This document shows positions 9,683 to 19,758 of a stretch of DNA of 64,000 nt, one piece after another (position 1 is the stretch's first letter; the number at the start of each line of letters is the position of its first letter). Origin of the DNA: an uncultured SAR86 cluster bacterium (GTDB lineage Bacteria > Pseudomonadota > Gammaproteobacteria > Magnimaribacterales > D2472); NCBI GenBank assembly GCA_902594005.1, contig CACJKN010000001.1, positions 17,700-81,699 of the forward strand. The letters run 5' to 3'. Under the pieces are notes generated by a model that saw nothing but the letters and a program-made list of their open reading frames with translations, was not told where the DNA came from and did no database searches. A program made the position numbers and the translations under genes.

Positions 9683-11369
9683 TGAAATAAAGAATAAGAT
9701 TCTCAGCCATATAGAAGAGCGCTTCTCTGAAGAAGAGGTTTCAATTGCTTCTTCAAAGTTCCAAATAGAAATACCTGATAGTCCTGAGAAAGGTGATCTT
9801 ACATGCAATATTGCTCTGATATTGGGAAATATTACTAAAAATAATCCTAAAGAAATTGGTCTTGAAATTGGAAATATTTTGAAGGAGCTTAGTTTAGTGA
9901 GCTCTATTGAGGTTGCTGGTCCTGGATTCATTAATATCTTTCTCAACCATTCTGGGACTCTGAAAATAATTAAAGATATCCTTAATAAAAATACTATTAA
10001 AGAGGAAGCGGATTCAAAGAAAATTCAAGTCGAATTTGTTTCAGCAAATCCAACTGGTCCACTTCATGTTGGCCATGGAAGAGGAGCTATTTATGGTGAT
10101 GTAATTTCAAAACTACTTGAAAAAAAAGGTCATGAAGTTCAAAAGGAATACTATGTCAATGATGCAGGAAGACAAATAGATATTCTTACGGCTAGTGTAT
10201 ATTTAAGGGCCATTGAAATAGAAGATAATATTTTTCCTGAAAGTGCTTACAGAGGAGAATATATAAAGGAAATCGCAAAGAATGCTAACTTACAGGATGC
10301 TGTAAATATTGATGATCTTTTTAAAAGTCTTCCCGAGGACGATGAAGAGAAAATAGATAAAATTATCTCGCATCTCAAATCTGCTAGTGAGAAAGACTGG
10401 CAATCAATTAAAAAAGTGTCACTAGAGAGTGTTCTTTCAACAATAGAAAAAGACCTTGAGGATTTTGGCGTAACTTTTGATAACTGGTTCTTAGAATCCT
10501 CTTTACTAGGTGCTGATTCAAAAATTGATGCAGCTGTCCAAAAACTAAATACAAATAATCTAATAGATAATCGAGATGGAAATATCTGGTTTAAATCTTC
10601 TGCTTTTGGCGATGATAAGGATAGAGTTTTGATAAGAGCTGATGGAAGACAAACTTACTTCGCTTCTGATGTTGCTTATCATAAAGATAAATTAGATAGA
10701 GGTTTTGATGAAATTATAAATATTTGGGGCTCCGATCATCATGGATACATAAAGAGGGTCGAAGCATCTTTGGAAGGCTTAGGCTATGACAAAAATAAAC
10801 TTTCTGTGAAGCTTGTTCAATTTGCAAATCTAATTAAAGGTGGTTCGCCAGTTAAGATGTCTACAAGAAGTGGAGAGTTTTACTCTCTCGAGGACTTATT
10901 AAGTGATGTTGGCTCTGATGTTGCTAGATTTTATTATCTTTCAAAACAAACTGATCAGCATTTAGATTTCGATCTAGACTTAGCAGTCTCAAGCAAGAAA
11001 GAAAATATGTATTACTACATTCAATACGCACACGCTAGAATATGCTCTCTTGAAAAAAAAGCTGGCTTAAAAGATTTTCTAGCAGAAGATATATCTGAAG
11101 ACCATGTAGATATTTGCTCAAATCTTATTCATGAGATCTCAAAATATCCAAATGTACTTGAAAAAGCCTGTAACAACCTCTCACCACACTTATTAATTTT
11201 TTATTTAAAGGATTTAGCTTCAATTTTTCATAATTTTTATAACGATAACAAAATATTAGACAAGTCAGAATCTGAAAAATTAACTATCCTTGCAGTTACT
11301 CATACCATAAAGGAAGTAATAGCGGATAGCCTCAATCTGTTGGGTGTAAAGGCATTAGAAGAAATGTAA
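9672..11369 (+). CDS. argS: Arginine--tRNA ligase
   Basis: VEFVSANPTGPLHVGHGRG (HIGH), KMSTRSG, YYIQYAHARI. Confidence 0.97.
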   Translation: MIADEIKNKILSHIEERFSEEEVSIASSKFQIEIPDSPEKGDLTCNIALILGNITKNNPKEIGLEIGNILKELSLVSSIEVAGPGFINIFLNHSGTLKIIKDILNKNTIKEEADSKKIQVEFVSANPTGPLHVGHGRGAIYGDVISKLLEKKGHEVQKEYYVNDAGRQIDILTASVYLRAIEIEDNIFPESAYRGEYIKEIAKNANLQDAVNIDDLFKSLPEDDEEKIDKIISHLKSASEKDWQSIKKVSLESVLSTIEKDLEDFGVTFDNWFLESSLLGADSKIDAAVQKLNTNNLIDNRDGNIWFKSSAFGDDKDRVLIRADGRQTYFASDVAYHKDKLDRGFDEIINIWGSDHHGYIKRVEASLEGLGYDKNKLSVKLVQFANLIKGGSPVKMSTRSGEFYSLEDLLSDVGSDVARFYYLSKQTDQHLDFDLDLAVSSKKENMYYYIQYAHARICSLEKKAGLKDFLAEDISEDHVDICSNLIHEISKYPNVLEKACNNLSPHLLIFYLKDLASIFHNFYNDNKILDKSESEKLTILAVTHTIKEVIADSLNLLGVKALEEM

Positions 11370-11888
11370 ATGAAAGATTTCGCTCAACAAAAAAAAGATA
11401 TAAAAAAAAATAAAAGTGTTTCAAATATAACCACTGGTAAGTCGCCAGTTCCTATAAAGTTGATTTTAGCTTTAATGGTTTTTCCAGTCGTATTCCTAAT
11501 GGGTTCTGGACTATTCTTTAATACAGAGTCTGAAATTTACACAGTAGAAAAAACAGAAAATGATATTACTTTCACATTTGAGCAAGATCTCAAAAATGAA
11601 AATATATATCTTGAATTAGAGAAGATTTATGAAGAGGCAACCTGCGAGTCCTATCTTCAAATTGAAACTTATGGTAAAAAAATATTTGCTGAAGAAACCT
11701 TAGATAAGATGAGAGAATTAGGTTTTGAGTCCTATTTAGAAGAGGTAACATCAAAAAACTATGATGGAATGCTTTTCAGAGTAATGATCGGACCCATGCA
11801 GAGCATATCTGATACAAATAATGCCAGAGAAACTCTTATAAGAGCTGATTTCCTTCCGCTTCTAAGAACAAGGTGTACTCAAATATGA
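11370..11888 (+). CDS. SPOR-domain cell-division protein (FtsN-like)
   Basis: Basic N-terminus, one TM helix, C-terminal YLQ...FRVMIGP SPOR-like domain; the argS-SPOR adjacency is common in gammaproteobacteria. Confidence 0.65.
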   Translation: MKDFAQQKKDIKKNKSVSNITTGKSPVPIKLILALMVFPVVFLMGSGLFFNTESEIYTVEKTENDITFTFEQDLKNENIYLELEKIYEEATCESYLQIETYGKKIFAEETLDKMRELGFESYLEEVTSKNYDGMLFRVMIGPMQSISDTNNARETLIRADFLPLLRTRCTQI

Positions 11889-12559
11889 CGAAGCCTTTCG
11901 TAGACTTCATAGAAGATCTAAGATTGTTTTGTAGTGAAAATAAAGTCGACAATGACAAAATATCTATAGTTGGTGTTTCCAAGAAAAAGAGCTTAGAAGA
12001 TATTTTAGGTCTGTATAGGCTTGGTCTTAGAGATTTTGGTGAGAATTATGCGCAAGAACTTAATGAGAAATCTTTGGCTCTTGATTCAAAAAAAATAAGA
12101 TGGCATTTTATGGGCCCAATCCAAACCAACAAGATTGGTTTAATTGTCAAAAATTCTTATCTTGTTCATTCGGTTGATAGAGAAAAAGTATTAAGAAAAA
12201 TGGATTTTGAATCGAAAAAGATTAACAAAATACAAAAGGTATTGGTTCAAGTAAATATTAGTGGTGAAGACTCTAAATCTGGAATTTTGCCTGGCGATGC
12301 TGAAGAGTTTATAAACCTTGCTGATAGCTTCGATAACTTAGAACTTGCTGGGTTGATGTTTATGCCAAATATAAACCAAGATAAAGTTACACATATTAAA
12401 GAAATAAAAGATTCTGTTAATTTATTTAATGATATGAAAGCAAAAAGAAAAAATATACAAGTTCTGTCTTTAGGAACTTCATCTGACTATAAAGAATGCA
12501 TTAAAGCAGGGTCAAACTTAATAAGAGTTGGGGAAATTCTCTTTGGCCCTAGGCTTTGA
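11885..12559 (+). CDS. yggS: Pyridoxal phosphate homeostasis protein YggS/PROSC
   Basis: VGVSKK, FGENYAQE, WHFMGPIQTNK, VQVNISGEDSKSG, RVGEILFG. ATGA overlap start. Confidence 0.93.
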   Translation: MTKPFVDFIEDLRLFCSENKVDNDKISIVGVSKKKSLEDILGLYRLGLRDFGENYAQELNEKSLALDSKKIRWHFMGPIQTNKIGLIVKNSYLVHSVDREKVLRKMDFESKKINKIQKVLVQVNISGEDSKSGILPGDAEEFINLADSFDNLELAGLMFMPNINQDKVTHIKEIKDSVNLFNDMKAKRKNIQVLSLGTSSDYKECIKAGSNLIRVGEILFGPRL

Positions 12560-12575
12560 TTTATAATTCAATCTT

Positions 12576-13097
12576 ATGAATAGTAATTTATTTTCTTTCC
12601 TAGAGCTTGTAAGTACGGGCCTGATGTTTATTGCCGTAATTTATTCTATTTTTTCTATATTTAAAGTTAATTATTTCAACCCCATAGTTCAAATATTTGT
12701 AAAGATTGTAGACCCATTTACAAAAGTTTTCTTAGGAATTAATAAATCTTTATCGGGATTGATCGTCGCGGTAGCTTTTAAGTTTTTAGGGCTCTTAAGT
12801 TATGTATCTAGTTATAACTATATTCTCCTTATTTCTATAAGTTTTTTTGAGGTTCTTATCGTATTTTTTAAGATACTTTTTTACTTTGTTATTGCTGGTG
12901 TTGTAAAGAGTTGGGTTGCTCCATTTTCTGAAAATGATATGTGGAAGATCGTTGAGGAAGTCTCTAATAAAATTCTTGATCCAATAAGAAAATTTATTCC
13001 GGCTATCGGTGGCTTAGATTTCTCTCCTATCTTTGCATTTATTTTACTTAATTCAATAAATGTTTTCCTGGCACAGCTTGCTGTTTCTATTCTCTAA
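12576..13097 (+). CDS. yggT: YggT family membrane protein
   Basis: NPIVQ...DP and PIRKFIPAIGGLDFSPI motifs; follows yggS. Confidence 0.88.
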   Translation: MNSNLFSFLELVSTGLMFIAVIYSIFSIFKVNYFNPIVQIFVKIVDPFTKVFLGINKSLSGLIVAVAFKFLGLLSYVSSYNYILLISISFFEVLIVFFKILFYFVIAGVVKSWVAPFSENDMWKIVEEVSNKILDPIRKFIPAIGGLDFSPIFAFILLNSINVFLAQLAVSIL

Positions 13098-14186
13098 ATG
13101 ATTGTTGAGACAAAAAAAATACTTATTGATTCTAAATTAAAGTGTGCTTCGGGGGATGCTCTTGAAAGCTTTGAGCTAATGACAGATTTTTATGGGGAGC
13201 TAAATGAGAGAAAAGATAATGCAGTCCTTGTATGTCATGCATTCTCTGGAAGTCATCATGCTGCAGGAAAAAGAGATGGCAACATTGGTTGGTGGGATGA
13301 GTTTATTGGTCCAGATAAAACAATAGATACAAATCGTTTTTTTGTGATCTCCGTAAATAATCTTGGAAGTTGTTTTGGTTCTAGTGGTCCTCTTAGTAAA
13401 GATAAAAATGGGGAGAGGTTTAATAATAATTTTCCTCAGTTAGAGGTCATTGATTGGGTTGAGTCTCAAAAAATGCTTGCCGATAAATTAGGAATAAAAA
13501 AGTGGCATTTAGTCATTGGTGGAAGTTTAGGCGGAATGCAGTCTCTTCAATGGGCTGTAAGTTATCCAAAAATGGTAAAAAAAGTTGGCATTCTTGCTGC
13601 TGCGGCTAAAACAAGCTCTCAAAATATTGCTTTGAATGAAGTTGAGAGGGAAGTTATAAGGAAAGATAATGACTTTAATGATGGGAAGTATCTTGAATTT
13701 AATAAATCTCCAGTTAAAGGCCTCAAAGCTGCAAGGATGCTTGGTCATATAACTTATTTATCTGCTAAAAACATGGATCTGCGCTTTGGAAGAAAGTTAC
13801 AAAATACTGATTCCAAAATAGCGGAAGATGTTGATTTTGAAATTGAGAATTACCTTCAATATAAGGGAGGAAAGTTTGCGGAATCATTTGATGCTAATTC
13901 ATATATTCTTTTAACAAAAGTTATGGATAAATTTGATATTGCTCATGGGTATGATGACAGTCTTGAGGCTGCTCTTGAAAATATTACTGCTGAAGTTCTG
14001 GTTGTGTCATTTACCTCAGATTGGATGTTCCCTACAAGCAATGGAAAAGAGATATGTTTAGCATCCATCAAAGTGAATAAAAAATGTTCATATATTGAAT
14101 TAGAAGGAGAGCATGGTCATGACAGCTTCCTATATCCAAATGAAGATTACCAAATTGCTATAAAAAACTTTATCGAATCAAAATGA
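13098..14186 (+). CDS. metX: Homoserine O-acyltransferase (MetX family)
   Basis: VCHAFSGSHH, GGSLGGMQ nucleophile, FDANSY, HGHDSFL. Confidence 0.93.
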   Translation: MIVETKKILIDSKLKCASGDALESFELMTDFYGELNERKDNAVLVCHAFSGSHHAAGKRDGNIGWWDEFIGPDKTIDTNRFFVISVNNLGSCFGSSGPLSKDKNGERFNNNFPQLEVIDWVESQKMLADKLGIKKWHLVIGGSLGGMQSLQWAVSYPKMVKKVGILAAAAKTSSQNIALNEVEREVIRKDNDFNDGKYLEFNKSPVKGLKAARMLGHITYLSAKNMDLRFGRKLQNTDSKIAEDVDFEIENYLQYKGGKFAESFDANSYILLTKVMDKFDIAHGYDDSLEAALENITAEVLVVSFTSDWMFPTSNGKEICLASIKVNKKCSYIELEGEHGHDSFLYPNEDYQIAIKNFIESK

Positions 14187-14776
14187 AATCAGATTTTAAG
14201 AGAATAATAGAAAAATGGATTCCGCAAAACACTAAGGTGCTCGACTTAGGTTGTGGCGATGGAGACCTTTTAGAGCACCTTAAAGATTCAAAAAATGTTA
14301 ATGGTTTTGGTATTGAAATAGATATTTCTAAAGCTAATGAATGTCTTAGAAGAAATATCCCAGTTATGCAATGTGATATTGATGAGGGTATTAAAGAGTT
14401 TAATGATTTGGACTTTGATATAACAATAATGGCAAACTCAATCCAATGCCTTAAAAATCCTAATTTAGCCCTCCAAAATATCCTTAATATCTCTAATAAA
14501 TGTATTGTTACTCTTCCAAACTTTGCCCACTGGTCCTGTAGATTAGATTTATTTTTTGGAAAGATGCCAGTTACTAAGAATCTTCCAGTGCCCTGGTATG
14601 AAACTAAGAATATTCATTTGTGCACTATTAAAGATTTCGAGGAACTCTGTAACAACTTAGACTTATATGTAATTGAAAAATTGTATTTAAACAATAACTT
14701 CAAAGAGAGTACTTTAACAAAACTATTGCCGAATCTTTTTGCTGCTGAAGGTGTGTACTTAATTGAAAGAAAGTAA
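14183..14776 (+). CDS. metW: Methionine biosynthesis protein MetW
   Basis: VLDLGCGDG, PNFAHW, GKMPVT, WYETKNIHLCTIKDFE. Confidence 0.93.
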   Translation: MKSDFKRIIEKWIPQNTKVLDLGCGDGDLLEHLKDSKNVNGFGIEIDISKANECLRRNIPVMQCDIDEGIKEFNDLDFDITIMANSIQCLKNPNLALQNILNISNKCIVTLPNFAHWSCRLDLFFGKMPVTKNLPVPWYETKNIHLCTIKDFEELCNNLDLYVIEKLYLNNNFKESTLTKLLPNLFAAEGVYLIERK

Positions 14777-15356
14777 ATTAATAATAGCTTCCTCAAATAA
14801 AGGGAAAATCAACGAATTCCAAAAAATTCTTCCAGATTTTGAATGCATTCCTCAATCTGTCTTCAATATCAGTGATGTTGAAGAAACAGGAAAAGATTTT
14901 GAAGAGAACGCAATCCTAAAAGCTAAAAATGCATTTACAAAGACAAATATCTCATCTGTTGGTGATGACTCAGGCTTAATAGTCCCTGCAATTAATAATG
15001 AGCCCGGCCTTTACTCGGCTAGATATGCGGGATTGAATGCAACTGATAGTGATAACAGAAATAAACTTATATCAAAACTTAAGGATAAAAAGCTTGAATC
15101 AACTTATGCATACTTTTTTTGTTGCATCGTTGCTGTTGGCATAAAGGGTCAAAATGAAATTATAGTTTGTGGTGGAAAAATTGAAGGTGAGGTCAGAACT
15201 ATTGAAAGAGGTGAAAAAGGTTTTGGTTATGATCCAATGTTTTATCCAAAAGGATATTCTGAGTCCTTCGCAGAACTTAACTCATTAGAAAAAAATAAAA
15301 TAAGCCATAGAGGCCAAGCTTTGAAAAAGCTTATGGATAAATTAAATAAGACTTAA
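14763..15356 (+). CDS. rdgB: Non-canonical purine NTP pyrophosphatase RdgB/HAM1
   Basis: ASSNKGK, EENAILKA, DDSGL, PGLYSARY, GFGYDPMF, KNKISHRGQA. Confidence 0.95.
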   Translation: MKESKLIIASSNKGKINEFQKILPDFECIPQSVFNISDVEETGKDFEENAILKAKNAFTKTNISSVGDDSGLIVPAINNEPGLYSARYAGLNATDSDNRNKLISKLKDKKLESTYAYFFCCIVAVGIKGQNEIIVCGGKIEGEVRTIERGEKGFGYDPMFYPKGYSESFAELNSLEKNKISHRGQALKKLMDKLNKT

Positions 15357-15986
15357 TTTGAAGTTATATATCTCTCGCCCTTCCTTGATACCTTTTCTTT
15401 GAAACTTAGAAAGCTCTCTTCCGGGTATTTGCTTTAAAGTCTCAATAGAAAACTTATCTTCAAAAGTTCTTAGCACATCTTCAATTTGTTCAGCATAGTT
15501 TTTCCAGTCTGTAGAAAGAAAAATAAATGAATTTTGTTTCAAGCATGGCTGAATGCGTTCAAAGAAATCTTTATTTAAAAGTCTTCTTTTGTGATGTCTA
15601 TCTTTTGGCCATGGATCAGGGCAAATGATATAAACTTCATCAAATTTAAAACCTTTTTCATCAAAAATAAGATCTCTTATATCCCCTTCATGAATATATA
15701 TATTTTCCAGTGAATGCTCTCTAATTTTTCCTATTAAATTCCCAATACCAGATTTATAAACTTCAGAAGCCAAAAATAATGTATTAGTTTTTTCTTTCGC
15801 AAAGGAAAAAAAGTCTTCCCCGTTACCAAAACCTATTTCAAGGGCAATCTTATCAAACGATGGATCATTATTTAAAGTATTAGGATCATCCAACGAATAA
15901 TCTGCTAAGAAACTTAGGTTTGTTTCCTGAAGCTTTGTAATCCTTCCTTTTCTTCTGGCAAAGCTTGGTAAAAAGTTATATCTCAA
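15342..15986 (-). CDS. trmB: tRNA (guanine-N7)-methyltransferase
   Basis: LEIGFGNG, PDPWPKDRHHKRR, TDWKNYAE. Confidence 0.93.
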   Translation of the reverse strand: MRYNFLPSFARRKGRITKLQETNLSFLADYSLDDPNTLNNDPSFDKIALEIGFGNGEDFFSFAKEKTNTLFLASEVYKSGIGNLIGKIREHSLENIYIHEGDIRDLIFDEKGFKFDEVYIICPDPWPKDRHHKRRLLNKDFFERIQPCLKQNSFIFLSTDWKNYAEQIEDVLRTFEDKFSIETLKQIPGRELSKFQRKGIKEGREIYNFKLSLI

Positions 15987-16763
15987 CTACTTTATTGCTC
16001 CATCTTCTGGAGATGACTTCGAGGCATATAGTCTTTTTTTCATTCTCCCGGCCAAGAATGCTTCTCTGCCTGACTCAATTGCTTTTTTCATAGCTGAAGC
16101 CATGAGAACAGGATTTTTAGCTTCGGCTATCGCTGTATTCATTAGTACGCCATCACATCCTAGCTCCATTGCTATGGTGGCGTCTGAAGCAGTCCCTACT
16201 CCCGCATCAACTATGACTGGTTTATTTGAATTCTCCAAGATTATCTCGATGTTATATGGGTTTGTTATCCCTAATCCTGAACCAATAGGAGCTGCCAGAG
16301 GCATAATCGAAACACAGCCAATATCATCAAGCTCTTTACATAATATTGGATCATCAGTGCAATAGACCATTACTTCAAAATTATCTTCAACTAATATTTT
16401 TGCAGCCTCAAGTGTTTGAGTCATATTTGGAAATAGCGTTTTTTCATCTCCAAGAACTTCAAGTTTAACGAGATTATGGCCATCTAGAAGCTCTCTTGCT
16501 AGATTACAAGTTCGAACCGCATCATCAACACTGTAGCAGCCTGCCGTATTGGGAAGAATTATAAATTCTTCAGGATTTAGGAAATCAAGAAGGTTTGGTT
16601 CTCCTTTGTTTTGACCAATATTAGTCCTTCTTATTGCCACGGTAACTACTTCAGCTCCTGAGGCCACTATTGCGTCTTGTGTTTCTTGGAAATCTTTATA
16701 TTTCCCTGTACCGACTAAGAGCCTAGATGAGAATTCTCTAGAGCCGACAACCAACTTTTCCAA
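15987..16763 (-). CDS. thiG: Thiazole synthase
   Basis: [47 protein letters not shown] start just after the thiS stop. Confidence 0.96.
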   Translation of the reverse strand: MEKLVVGSREFSSRLLVGTGKYKDFQETQDAIVASGAEVVTVAIRRTNIGQNKGEPNLLDFLNPEEFIILPNTAGCYSVDDAVRTCNLARELLDGHNLVKLEVLGDEKTLFPNMTQTLEAAKILVEDNFEVMVYCTDDPILCKELDDIGCVSIMPLAAPIGSGLGITNPYNIEIILENSNKPVIVDAGVGTASDATIAMELGCDGVLMNTAIAEAKNPVLMASAMKKAIESGREAFLAGRMKKRLYASKSSPEDGAIK

Positions 16764-16764
16764 T

Positions 16765-16977
16765 TTATCCTCCGCCAACAGCAATAACTATTTCAACTTC
16801 ATCTTTGTCATTGAGAGTATAGTTATCTATCTGTGATTTTGGAACAATCTCTCGATTTATTTCTACAGCAAATCTGGCTTCAGAGAGATTTAAGCTATCT
16901 ATAAGTTCTTTGAGGGAGTTAGACTTTAGGTGGATTTCTGAGCCGTTAAGGATAATGCCTATTGTTATAGCATTCAC
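16765..16977 (-). CDS. thiS: Sulfur carrier protein ThiS
   Basis: [11 protein letters not shown] and C-terminal AVGGG; directly upstream of thiG. Confidence 0.93.
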   Translation of the reverse strand: MNAITIGIILNGSEIHLKSNSLKELIDSLNLSEARFAVEINREIVPKSQIDNYTLNDKDEVEIVIAVGGG

Positions 16978-17837
16978 AGAGCATCAGTCATAGAGCTTCT
17001 TAATTTTTTAAGAGCGCCATTTTCGATCTGTCTAATTCTTTCTGCTGAAATTTTATACTCTTCTGCTAACTCATGAAGAGTAACTTTAGAGTCAGATAGA
17101 TATCTTCTTCGTATAATATCTTTACTTCTGTCATCAAGGCCTTTGAGAGCATCTAAAAGTTCGGCATTATTAAATGCCATTGTTTGCTCTGCCTCAACCA
17201 AGTCTTCAGGATTAAATCTTTTATCTTCTAGATATTGTGATGGCGCCATTATTTCATTTTCACCATCTCCAGTATTTACAGGAGCATCAAATGATGAATC
17301 ATTAGAAGATAGTCTGTTTTCCATATGCAAAACATCTTTGACCGCGACATTTAAATCTTCAGCTATTTTTTCTGCTTCTTCCTTAGTAAGCCATTCCAAT
17401 GACTTTTTCTTGCTTCTTAGATTGAAGAATAGTTTCCTTTGAGCTTTTGTAGTAGCTATTTTTACAAGTCTCCAGTTTTTAAGAATGTACTCATGAATTT
17501 CAGCCTTTATCCAATGGACTGCAAAAGAAACAAGCTTCACGCCTCTGTTAGGATCAAATCTATCAACAGCTTTCATAAGACCAACATTACCTTCCTGGAT
17601 AATATCGCCTATTGGTAAACCATAGCCTTGATAGGATCTTGCAATATGGACGACAAAACGTAGGTGCGAAATAACTAATTGCCTTGCAGCGTCAAGATCA
17701 TCGTTGTCATAAAGCTTATGAGCAAGTTCTTTCTCTTGTTCAGGCGTCAATATTGGTATTGAGTGCACGCAAGCAAGGTAAGATTCTATATCTTTACCTG
17801 GAGTTGTTAGCTCAATTTTTTGTAAATCAGTACCCAT
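16974..17837 (-). CDS. rpoH: RNA polymerase sigma-32 factor
   Basis: Region 2 DIIQEGNVGLMKAV and the RpoH box KIATTKAQRKLFFNLR. Confidence 0.96.
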   Translation of the reverse strand: MGTDLQKIELTTPGKDIESYLACVHSIPILTPEQEKELAHKLYDNDDLDAARQLVISHLRFVVHIARSYQGYGLPIGDIIQEGNVGLMKAVDRFDPNRGVKLVSFAVHWIKAEIHEYILKNWRLVKIATTKAQRKLFFNLRSKKKSLEWLTKEEAEKIAEDLNVAVKDVLHMENRLSSNDSSFDAPVNTGDGENEIMAPSQYLEDKRFNPEDLVEAEQTMAFNNAELLDALKGLDDRSKDIIRRRYLSDSKVTLHELAEEYKISAERIRQIENGALKKLRSSMTDAL

Positions 17838-17888
17838 TATAATTTCTGTTTATAATATATTATACATAAAAATTATGTAGACCTTAAA

Positions 17889-18677
17889 TTATAGCAACTT
17901 TTTTACATAATCTTCCACTTTTTGACCATAAGCTTCTCTAATAAGTTCATTTCTATAAGCTATAAAAGGCGGATTGAGTATGTTTTTTTTGGAATATTTG
18001 AGCTTTTCAAAGTCTTCTAGGCTGAATATTGAACCTCTATAAGATTTAAGAACTGCATCTGCAGCAGCAATATCCCACTCAGAAGTTGGCCCAAATCTAG
18101 GGTATATATCAGCTTCACCGTCGCATAAAGCGCAAATTTTTAATGAGCTACCCTTTTCGACAAGCTCATAATCTATTTCAGAATCCTGAAGAAATTGTAA
18201 AAACATTGTATCTGCCTCTCTCTTATGGCTTCTACTCATAACAATCCTTAGTGGCGATGTTTCTTCAGCCTTCTCCTGGGAAACTTTATCTAGACTTGTC
18301 CAGATCCTCAGATCAGTTGGTCTTTGAACAATCCCAAAAATACTTCGCCTCTCATGAATAAAAGAGATGTTTACTGAAAAATCTCCATTTCTATTAATAA
18401 ATTCCTTAGTGCCATCAAGTGGATCTATTAACCAATAACTATCTGCATAAGAAATATCACTCTTGAAGGTCTCTTCTGAAATAACTTGGATTTGAGGAGT
18501 TATTTCTTTTAGTCCATCGATAATTATTTTATTTGATGATTCATCTGCTAGTGTCAGAGGAGATCCGTCATCTTTATTTTCATGTGAAAAATCAGAATTA
18601 TAGATGTCCATTATTGAATTGCTAGCTTTTGAAGATAGATCTATTAAGTCTGGTAGCAGTTTATTGAAATCAAGCAT
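17889..18677 (-). CDS. cysQ: 3'(2'),5'-bisphosphate nucleotidase
   Basis: KDDGSPLTLAD, ISEE, WLIDPLDGTKEFI, GSSLK, YPRFGPTSEWDIAA. Confidence 0.93.
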   Translation of the reverse strand: MLDFNKLLPDLIDLSSKASNSIMDIYNSDFSHENKDDGSPLTLADESSNKIIIDGLKEITPQIQVISEETFKSDISYADSYWLIDPLDGTKEFINRNGDFSVNISFIHERRSIFGIVQRPTDLRIWTSLDKVSQEKAEETSPLRIVMSRSHKREADTMFLQFLQDSEIDYELVEKGSSLKICALCDGEADIYPRFGPTSEWDIAAADAVLKSYRGSIFSLEDFEKLKYSKKNILNPPFIAYRNELIREAYGQKVEDYVKKLL

Positions 18678-18742
18678 TTTTTATTTTTTTTTGATTATAA
18701 GGATCATTTACTTATAATTACAATTTTCAACTAATAGAAATA

Positions 18743-18901
18743 ATGAATCAAAAACTTATAGATAATTTAGAATTTGTACATAGTAGGCTCAAGTGGCTCA
18801 GCAAAGATAGAAAAATTGTACTGCCTCACCATAAAACATTTGATCTTGTAGATGAGCTAATGGATAAAGTCTCAGAATCAATAGATATTGCAAAGAAATG
18901 A
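18743..18901 (+). CDS. Small hypothetical protein (52 aa), below the ORF-track cut-off
   Basis: ATG at 18743 gives MNQKLIDNLEFVHSRLKWLSKDRKIVLPHHKTFDLVDELMDKVSESIDIAKK*. Its TGA overlaps the next ATG (ATGA) and it fills an otherwise unexplained gap. Confidence 0.65.
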   Translation: MNQKLIDNLEFVHSRLKWLSKDRKIVLPHHKTFDLVDELMDKVSESIDIAKK

Positions 18902-19758
18902 GTAAGTATTCCTGCTTTGATGTAAAAACAAAAGACCATATATGCAGTCTTGTTTTAAATCGCCCAAATGAACTAAATACAATGACTCGAGACTTTTGGG
19001 TCGAGCTAGGAGATGCATTAGAAGAAATAAATAGAGATTCTGATGTAAGAGTTGTAATTCTTTCTTCAACTGGAAAACACTTTTGTGCAGGTATGGACCT
19101 TAGTGCTTTTTCTAATGGAGTTGATGATATTCCTGATGACAAAAAACCCGATCATGCCAGAGTTGGAGAAGCTGTTTATAGAACTGCAAAAGAGTTACAA
19201 GGTTACATAAGTAAACTCGAAGAAATAAGAGTTCCGGTAATTGCTGCGGTTCATGGAGGTGTTATTGGTGGAGCGTTAGATCTTATTACTGCATGTGACA
19301 TGCGTTTTGCTTCAAATGATGCTTTCTTTTGTATTCAAGAAATCAATATTGGTATGGCTGCTGATGTTGGTACCCTTCAAAGGCTACCAAAGATTATTCC
19401 TGATTCAAAGATGAGGGAAATGGCTTATACCGGAAGAAGAATGCTTGCCGATGAAGCAAAAGATTCTGGTCTAGTGGGTGAAATTTATGAAACACAAGAT
19501 GAAATGCTTGATGCAGTTCATAAACTAGCAGCTGAAATAGCCTCTAAATCGCCAGTAGCGATATATGGTCTTAAGGCTGTAATGAATTACTCAAGAGATC
19601 ACAATGTAAGTGATAGCTTAGACTTTAATGCTCTTTGGAGCGGTGCAATGCTTAGTCAAGCAGATATGACTGAAGCTATGACTGCTCAAATGGAAAAAAG
19701 AGATGCTAACTTCGACAAAATGGTCGATGTTAAAAAATTCAACGAATCAAAAAGTTAA
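18898..19758 (+). CDS. Crotonase/enoyl-CoA hydratase family (delta3,5-delta2,4-dienoyl-CoA isomerase-like)
   Basis: GKHFCAGMDL, PVIAAVHGGVIGG, EINIGMAADVGTLQRLPK. Confidence 0.9.
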   Translation: MSKYSCFDVKTKDHICSLVLNRPNELNTMTRDFWVELGDALEEINRDSDVRVVILSSTGKHFCAGMDLSAFSNGVDDIPDDKKPDHARVGEAVYRTAKELQGYISKLEEIRVPVIAAVHGGVIGGALDLITACDMRFASNDAFFCIQEINIGMAADVGTLQRLPKIIPDSKMREMAYTGRRMLADEAKDSGLVGEIYETQDEMLDAVHKLAAEIASKSPVAIYGLKAVMNYSRDHNVSDSLDFNALWSGAMLSQADMTEAMTAQMEKRDANFDKMVDVKKFNESKS

